A stretch of DNA of 64,000 nucleotides from an uncultured virus (IMG/VR IMGVR_UViG_3300025066_000019) (taxonomy: Duplodnaviria > Heunggongvirae > Uroviricota > Caudoviricetes), in IMG/VR virus record IMGVR_UViG_3300025066_000019. The stretch is one strand, 5' to 3'. The notes beneath the pieces were generated by a model. The model ran no database searches. It was given only the letters and a program-made list of their open reading frames with translations, and had not been told where the DNA came from. Both the position numbers and the translations under genes were made by a program. Shown one piece after another: positions 58,159 through 64,000 of this stretch (positions are counted from its first letter, which is position 1; every line of letters begins with the position of its first letter).

Positions 58159-58620
58159 ATGTTTTACTTACTTACGGAGATACTGCTAGAGATGACACCG
58201 AAAACGATACCTGTACTTAAACTACAAGAAGATGCCGTACTGCCACACAAAGACGATGGGGACGCTGGCTGGGATTTACACTCAACAGAAGACATCAAGT
58301 GCCCCTCACAGGACGCTGTTTTAGTTTCCACTGGAATTGCCATGGAAATCCCCGAGAACCACGTTGGTCTTTTATGGGACCGCTCAGGGATGGCATCTAA
58401 GAAGAAATTTCATCGGATGGCAGGGGTTATCGACTCCTCTTATCGTGGTGAGATTAAAGTCCTACTACAAAACAATAGTCACTTCACTCAGTACATAGCT
58501 GCGGGAGATAAGATTGCTCAGATACTTATTCAGGAAGTGCCAGAGTTTGAAATGAAGGAAGTGAAAGAGTTGAACGAAACTAAACGAGGTGATGGCGGTT
58601 TCGGCTCTACAGGAGAATAG
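58159..58620 (+). CDS. dut: dUTPase (true start may be 58192)
   Basis: AGWDL, RSG, GVIDSSYRGEI, IAQ, RGDGGFGSTG. Confidence 0.95.
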   Translation: MFYLLTEILLEMTPKTIPVLKLQEDAVLPHKDDGDAGWDLHSTEDIKCPSQDAVLVSTGIAMEIPENHVGLLWDRSGMASKKKFHRMAGVIDSSYRGEIKVLLQNNSHFTQYIAAGDKIAQILIQEVPEFEMKEVKELNETKRGDGGFGSTGE

Positions 58621-58716
58621 GGTGGCGACTGGTGACTGGTGTTGCCCTTGGTCTACAAAACCAATGAGGGGTGCGTAAACCGCATCCTTGGTAGGTTCGA
58701 TTCCTATCCGCCACCG
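58621..58716 (+). tRNA. tRNA-Sec-fold tRNA with ACA anticodon
   Basis: 8-position acceptor, 6-bp D-stem with 4-nt loop, long variable arm, 5-bp T-stem, G73; anticodon loop CTACAAA. Confidence 0.8.
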
Positions 58717-58751
58717 CTTGACGAATGAAGGTTGAGGTGTTAAGATAAGAT

Positions 58752-59600
58752 ATGAGAAGAAACAGACTAAACCGAATGCGTACTTACTTGGTAGGTGCAA
58801 TGGAATTCGCTCCTGATGGAGGTGTTCAATGGCGAGAAAGAATTACTCCCTGGCTTAATAGTCGAGGTGTATCTGTCTTTAACCCATGTGATAAGCCCTG
58901 TGATGTAGGAAGCGAGAAACCAGAGGATAGGTTGCTGCGACAGGCAATGCTTGCTCGTGGACAGTATGACGAATTCCTAGATGACGCTGGTCCACTTCGT
59001 CCTTACGACCTAAGAATGGTTGATATATCAGATTTCCTGATTGTTCATATTGATACTGACCTTCATGCTTGTGGTACATACGAAGAGATTACCACAGCAA
59101 ACAGACAGAAGAAACCTATCATTATTCATTGTAAGCAAGGCAAGAAGGGTCTTCCTCCTTGGTTGTTTTTGATGCTTGGTAAGTCTCATGTTACAGTATT
59201 TGATTCATGGACAGAGGTTGAGAGCTATCTTGATTATATTAATTCATACGACTCCATTGACCACTTGAAACGTTGGGTGTTCTTTGATTTAGACAAAGTT
59301 GATAAACCTGCTGAGGAGGCGTTTAGAAAACGTCAGTTTAAACTTGATTTTCGTGAAAGGATTAATCCTGTGTATGTTGGAGCAGAAGCGGATATTGGTG
59401 ACAAGGTTGTTTATAGTAATGTCAATGCTGGTTACGAAGGTGACCAAGATGATGCTGCTGAACACCTAATCATGAATGCAGAGTATACTATTTCTTCTGT
59501 ATTGGTTGAAAAATGGAGTACTCGTATATACCTTGACGAGGCTCCTGGTATTGCCTTTAACAGTGTTATGTTCTCCCCAGCCTTAGTAGAGGAAGAGTGA
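58752..59600 (+). CDS. Nucleoside 2-deoxyribosyltransferase-like protein with C-terminal extension
   Basis: YLVGAM...WR...FNP...DL..VD.SD...GTYEE. Confidence 0.75.
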   Translation: MRRNRLNRMRTYLVGAMEFAPDGGVQWRERITPWLNSRGVSVFNPCDKPCDVGSEKPEDRLLRQAMLARGQYDEFLDDAGPLRPYDLRMVDISDFLIVHIDTDLHACGTYEEITTANRQKKPIIIHCKQGKKGLPPWLFLMLGKSHVTVFDSWTEVESYLDYINSYDSIDHLKRWVFFDLDKVDKPAEEAFRKRQFKLDFRERINPVYVGAEADIGDKVVYSNVNAGYEGDQDDAAEHLIMNAEYTISSVLVEKWSTRIYLDEAPGIAFNSVMFSPALVEEE

Positions 59601-59920
59601 TGCCTTACATAGAACAAGGTAAGCGTTTATATATTGATGACGACATTAACGAACTTAAACGTGGTTTAATTAGCAACTTCGGTAGTGAAGACATTGAAGG
59701 GGCTCTGCATTACGTAATAGCTCAACTCTTAGAGGTTATTCCTCAATCGTCCAGTCTGTCTGGTGAGTGGAGATATAAATACATTAATCGTGCGTCAGGA
59801 GTGCTAACACAAGTACAAGAGAACTTCGACGAACGTATCGTTAAACCCTATGAACGAATGGCGATGGAAAAGAATGGTGACATCAGTAGCTATGCAAAGT
59901 TTGACGATTCCCGTAAGTAG
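59597..59920 (+). CDS. Hypothetical phage protein
   Basis: MPYI...G.LHY...PYE...KNGD. Confidence 0.7.
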   Translation: MMPYIEQGKRLYIDDDINELKRGLISNFGSEDIEGALHYVIAQLLEVIPQSSSLSGEWRYKYINRASGVLTQVQENFDERIVKPYERMAMEKNGDISSYAKFDDSRK

Positions 59921-60179
59921 TCTCGACTGGAAGTTTCTCACCAAGGTAATTCAACAGCTTGGTAGACTGACAGAGGAAGAGATTGACCCTATAACGTGGC
60001 GTAAAGCTTTTAATAAGGTTGGCGTAACATATGGTGGAGACCTTACTCCTCTTGCTGTTAAAGCCGAAGAGAAGCCTTATCTACTTATTACATTTACAAC
60101 CCCTAACCTGAAGACTGTCAAGCAGCGTATTACCTTTAGTGGTGCTTACGAGCCCGTCAGATTCGAGGCACCTCAGTGA
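59892..60179 (+). CDS. Hypothetical protein
   Basis: Overlapping ORF. Confidence 0.55.
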   Translation: MQSLTIPVSSLDWKFLTKVIQQLGRLTEEEIDPITWRKAFNKVGVTYGGDLTPLAVKAEEKPYLLITFTTPNLKTVKQRITFSGAYEPVRFEAPQ

Positions 60180-60451
60180 ATATCCTCTTACATGTTCTAG
60201 TATTCCTATTTGTGACGTTTATGTACTCAGGTCTGAGTGCTGTTACTGCCTTATGGACAAAACAGGTGGTGAATGGTAAGGCATGGGGAAGTTTTATGAC
60301 AGGAAGTTTGTCGAGATTATTAGCATTGGGTGGGTTGTCCTTTGCGTTCTTATTTGAGCAATTCGTCGTAAGTGCTTTCGTAGGAATGGTTTTGGGCGAG
60401 GGATTAGGTTCCTATCTCGTGGTGAAGTACCATATGATTGATAGCAAGTAA
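60176..60451 (+). CDS. Small multi-pass membrane protein
   Basis: Three hydrophobic segments. Confidence 0.6.
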   Translation: MNILLHVLVFLFVTFMYSGLSAVTALWTKQVVNGKAWGSFMTGSLSRLLALGGLSFAFLFEQFVVSAFVGMVLGEGLGSYLVVKYHMIDSK

Positions 60452-60522
60452 TTATCCCTTTTGTGGTCTTTCGGTGTATAATACAGTGTAAGACAATTAT
60501 TCTGTACAGGAGAACAAGAGAC

Positions 60523-62796
60523 ATGCGTAAAATCCTAATGGCTTTCATGCTAGTTCTCGCAATGTCACTCCCTGCTGCGGCTTACCCACTGAGTTTGAAC
60601 GAGATTGCACAAGCAACCTGCCGTGTTGGCGTTTCTGGTGCTTCTGGTTCTGGTACTGCTATTCATGAAGATAAGGACTATGTGTACATTCTAACCAATG
60701 CTCACGTAGTTGGCAACTCTCGGTCGGGTTTAGTTGAGTTTTTCCCAGGAGGTAGGAAAACAGCTAAGATTCCAGCAAGTGTCATTTGGCGAGAACACCA
60801 AGCTAACACAGATGTAGACTTCGCTATTATGAAGGTAGCTAAGAATACATTGTATGGGTACAAGCCTAGGATTATCCCCCTGGCTCCCTCGTCCTATCAA
60901 ATCAAAGCAGGTCAATATATTGCTTCGGTTGGACACCCTGCTGCTCGTTGGGCACAGGCGTGGGAAGGTTACGCATTAAGAGACGGCAGTAGTCGAGTAT
61001 TATTTACTCCTCCACCTCTGGGTGGACAGTCTGGTTCTGGCATCTTTGTTAATATTGATGGTTATACCTATCTCGGGGCAGTTCTTACATGGAGAATTGG
61101 AAGAGATGGTAGAGACTCAAAGGGTTATGACCTAGCTCAAGGTGGTGCGATTCCATCAAGTACCTTTGATAAGGTGTTTGGTGGTAAGGTTTCGTATACC
61201 CCAGAGAGAACTCCCTATAATTACCGTGAGGTTAAAACCGTAATCACCAAGATTGGTTATGCTAAAGACTCAAATGGTAAATGCTGGCCGATAACATATT
61301 ATGACGATGGTAGCTATGAGGCTAAGGTTCCACCAGGAACCCAAATAGTTCAATGGAACTTGAGCCAGTCTCAATGTAATCCATTTGGTTCCCGCCCTGG
61401 TCCAGGGTTTTTAGATGGAATCAATCCTTTTACTCCTCCTCGTCGTAATCCTCCTAGTCCTAAGCCAGAAGCACCGGCTCCTCCGTATATTGACCCAGGA
61501 AAACCTGATGTTGTTCCTCCTCCATCTATTGGTGGGTTTGGTCATGGCACCCCAGGCAATGGTATTTATGGTAGTCTTGAAGAGTTGAAGAAGAAGAATG
61601 AAGAACTGCTTAATCAGAATAAGGGGTTGTCTAATCAGTTGACAGATGCCCAGAAGGCACTGGATATTGAACGCACTCACTTGTCGGCTCTAAAAGACAG
61701 TCTTGATGCCGCACAGGCAGACCTTACTATTAAGGACGGTCAGATTAAGAGACTTGAGGGTTCAGTGAAAGACTTATCTTCCAAAGTGGAAGGTTTAATT
61801 AGTCAAATTGGTCTTAAAACTGCTATCATCAACGATAATGCTGGTAAAATTACTGAACTAAAAGATAAAGCTAAGGCTGATGCAACAGCTTTGGCTACTG
61901 CAAAAGGTAACACTGATGTAGTAATAAAGAATAATGTGTCTCTTCAGACCCAGAAAGACCGACTCAAAAATGGATTATGGGGCGTGTCTGGGCTAAGTGG
62001 CGTATTATTACTAGTGGGGGGATGGTTCTACAGGAAGAAGCTTAGGCCGAAGCTTGATGGAGCCGCAGAGAATATCATTGATAAAGTAGAAGACAAGGTT
62101 GAAGATAAAATTGGCGGTTATCTTCCAGACGTTATTAAGGATTTTGGAGATGCTAAGCTTCATAATCTGAAAGACAAACTGTTTTCGAAAGTTGATGAAA
62201 AGCTTAATGCCGAGAAGGAAGAACTTGGTAAGATTGGTGATGTCCTAGGTAAGATTTCAACATTACTAGAGAAGACTGACGAAAGAATGACAACGATGGA
62301 GACTAAGGTATCCCTTGTTTCTGCCCCTGTCGTTAATGCACCTACTCAGGTAAGTATTGAGATTGAAAACCCTGTAATTCCGCCTGCTGACCCTGTCCCT
62401 GCTGAAGGGCTTAGACAGTTTGCAGAGTTATGGAAGGCAGAAGGGCAAGACCCCAAGAAATTGGCACTCTATGGTATTTTGTACCATGAGGCCGTCAACC
62501 TGCTTCGTAAGGGGCAGTTATATGTTAAAGGCAACGACCGTACACAGGGTCAGGAAGCCACCGCTAATAAATTGGACGAGTGGGTAGAGAATCAAATACT
62601 TACTCGACCAGCAGATGTTCTCTTGCAAGGTAATGAAGTAATCCACCAAGTAATGGTTGGTCATCTTTACCGTGAGGCAGTAGAGAAACTTCGAAACGGA
62701 GAATTCCCAGTGTTGGGAGCAAAGGAAACTGCTAATATCATCGACAGATGGGTACAGCAGGAAATGCTAAGACGAATGAACAAATCAGTAAGATAA
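60523..62796 (+). CDS. Membrane-anchored trypsin-like serine protease with coiled coil
   Basis: Signal peptide; LTNAHVV, D, GGQSGSG triad motifs; Pro-rich linker, coiled coil, TM helix, duplicated C-terminal motif. Confidence 0.85.
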   Translation: MRKILMAFMLVLAMSLPAAAYPLSLNEIAQATCRVGVSGASGSGTAIHEDKDYVYILTNAHVVGNSRSGLVEFFPGGRKTAKIPASVIWREHQANTDVDFAIMKVAKNTLYGYKPRIIPLAPSSYQIKAGQYIASVGHPAARWAQAWEGYALRDGSSRVLFTPPPLGGQSGSGIFVNIDGYTYLGAVLTWRIGRDGRDSKGYDLAQGGAIPSSTFDKVFGGKVSYTPERTPYNYREVKTVITKIGYAKDSNGKCWPITYYDDGSYEAKVPPGTQIVQWNLSQSQCNPFGSRPGPGFLDGINPFTPPRRNPPSPKPEAPAPPYIDPGKPDVVPPPSIGGFGHGTPGNGIYGSLEELKKKNEELLNQNKGLSNQLTDAQKALDIERTHLSALKDSLDAAQADLTIKDGQIKRLEGSVKDLSSKVEGLISQIGLKTAIINDNAGKITELKDKAKADATALATAKGNTDVVIKNNVSLQTQKDRLKNGLWGVSGLSGVLLLVGGWFYRKKLRPKLDGAAENIIDKVEDKVEDKIGGYLPDVIKDFGDAKLHNLKDKLFSKVDEKLNAEKEELGKIGDVLGKISTLLEKTDERMTTMETKVSLVSAPVVNAPTQVSIEIENPVIPPADPVPAEGLRQFAELWKAEGQDPKKLALYGILYHEAVNLLRKGQLYVKGNDRTQGQEATANKLDEWVENQILTRPADVLLQGNEVIHQVMVGHLYREAVEKLRNGEFPVLGAKETANIIDRWVQQEMLRRMNKSVR

Positions 62797-62811
62797 TTAG
62801 GAGATTTCAAA

Positions 62812-63447
62812 ATGCCTACAAGTAACACTTTTCATGGTTCCAATACCCGATTCGCCAATGGCGGACTTCACGCTTTACTTGCGGAAATTATTAAATTCCG
62901 TAAACAACTAACTGTACGCACTGAGTTTCGTGCCCAGAGTGGTTGGGATAACGCCCTGAATGCCTATATGGTTGAAGGACTGGAACATCTAGGTAATACC
63001 CTAGAAAACATCACTTATAATCCAGCATCAAGAACTAAGGAAGAGTTAGAAATTGACGCTGCTGACACTACCCGTCAATTAGCAGATGATTATGATGCAC
63101 AAGCCATCTCGTCTGATAATGTTGTAATGCCCCCCGGTCGTGAACGCGATGTTGTGTGGCAACTTGACGGAACAGATGTTGACATTCCTCAGATGACTAC
63201 CGACAATTGTCCGAATGACTTTGCTCGCATCTTTATTACAGGACTTGATGGTTTCTTTACTGAAGCCACTCGTGTTGACTCTCGATTTAACCGTAACGTG
63301 ATTACGAAAAACGAGAGCGTAATGTTGCGTAATCTGTTGGACGAACTGTATACTGTATGTCAGCGTAAGGGTGGTGAAGCCAACCGTACAGACATTGTAC
63401 AGGGTACTCTTCCAAGTCAAGAGCCTGAAACTTTCCAAGGAGCATAA
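62812..63447 (+). CDS. Hypothetical protein
   Basis: 211 aa, AGGAG RBS, followed by terminator. Confidence 0.75.
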   Translation: MPTSNTFHGSNTRFANGGLHALLAEIIKFRKQLTVRTEFRAQSGWDNALNAYMVEGLEHLGNTLENITYNPASRTKEELEIDAADTTRQLADDYDAQAISSDNVVMPPGRERDVVWQLDGTDVDIPQMTTDNCPNDFARIFITGLDGFFTEATRVDSRFNRNVITKNESVMLRNLLDELYTVCQRKGGEANRTDIVQGTLPSQEPETFQGA

Positions 63448-63476
63448 GGATAAAAAACAATCCTTCTTCAAAGGCA

Positions 63477-63513
63477 AAGGGGCGGCTCTTTCGAGAGAGT
63501 CGTTCCTTTTTTT
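63477..63513 (+). terminator. Intrinsic terminator
   Basis: GGGGCGGCTCT-TTCGAG-AGAGTCGTTCC + T tract. Confidence 0.8.
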
Positions 63514-63564
63514 ATGGATTGACTTGACAAAACCCCGTTGGGGATGCTATAATAAGGTACACAA

Positions 63565-63968
63565 GGGCCATCACTGGTATCGACTGGATGGATTGAATTG
63601 TGAATTGCGTGTCGTGGTTGGTTAGTTGGCCACGTAAAAAGCTAACCGAAAATCTTAATTGCTAACACAAATAAGAACGTTATCGCCAATACCATCGCTG
63701 GTGTTGCTCCTCGTTTCGAGGGAAATAGCCTAAACGCCACAAGCGTTTCTGCTATCCGTTCCGTAGCTCTGGTTGCGTAACAAAGCCTTGGTCGGGCTAA
63801 ACAGACCAAACGTGTCGGCGTTACCGGCCTAGTCCCAACAATGTGTATGAGTGGGTAAAGACATCCATTACACTGACTTTGTTTGCTGAGTAAGATTCAA
63901 CAAACTATACACGTAGACGTTTGCGGTACAGACATAACAGGACTCGGGTTCGACTCCCGAATGGTCCA
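63565..63968 (+). ncRNA. ssrA: tmRNA
   Basis: GGGCCAT/ATGGTCC-A with G3.U70, CTGGTATCGAC 5' motif, T-arm TCGGG-TTCGACT-CCCGA, tag ORF 63661-63780 ending ALVA*; own promoter at 63524. Confidence 0.92.
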
Positions 63969-64000
63969 CTTGACAGAAAAGGTTTGAAATGGTAGAAAAG

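Larger units (their letters stand above)
21805..63553 (+). promoter_or_regulatory. Family of ~50 near-consensus sigma70 early promoters (TTGACA-GAAT/AAAT...TGN-TATAAT/TACAAT, mostly 17-bp spacer)
   Basis: Examples: -35 at 21805, 21919, 23250, 23355, 24082, 25544, 27781, 28225, 28434, 28871, 30762, 32065, 35225, 38362, 39544, 42119, 63524; count by eye. Confidence 0.9.

Noticed and set aside
1..64000. Stop-codon reassignment
   Set aside because: Conserved genes (terminase, gmd, dut, cca) are intact in the standard code, and TAA, TAG and TGA all end genes at sensible junctions
1..64000. Diversity-generating retroelement, retron or prophage integration module
   Set aside because: No reverse transcriptase, integrase or host flanking genes recognised

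Overview
The window is part of a large tailed dsDNA phage genome read with the standard code; no host housekeeping genes are visible. 1-12.2 kb (minus strand) is a head-assembly module: major capsid, decoration, protease-scaffold, portal and large terminase, followed by an ERCC4 nuclease, GDP-mannose 4,6-dehydratase and a sigma factor. 12.3-15.6 kb (plus) carries a GT11 fucosyltransferase and two sulfotransferases, then an AT-rich GIY-YIG/HNH endonuclease gene. 16.8-18.2 kb is a non-coding G/C-run repeat region, possibly a genome end or origin. 18.4-52 kb is an early-type region of many small ORFs. It is driven by roughly 50 (counted by eye) near-consensus sigma70 promoters and punctuated by several repeat-cassette families and many structured intergenic RNAs. 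52-64 kb holds nucleotide and modification enzymes, a membrane-anchored trypsin-like protease and a tmRNA. The most unusual content is the RNA set: a tmRNA with a 39-codon tag, a 79-nt RNA resembling only the tRNA-like domain of tmRNA, several anticodon-less tRNA mimics, a tRNA-Sec-fold RNA with an ACA anticodon, two tRNA-Gln and a phage CCA-adding enzyme. All calls come from motif reading by eye; no searches or folding programs were run.
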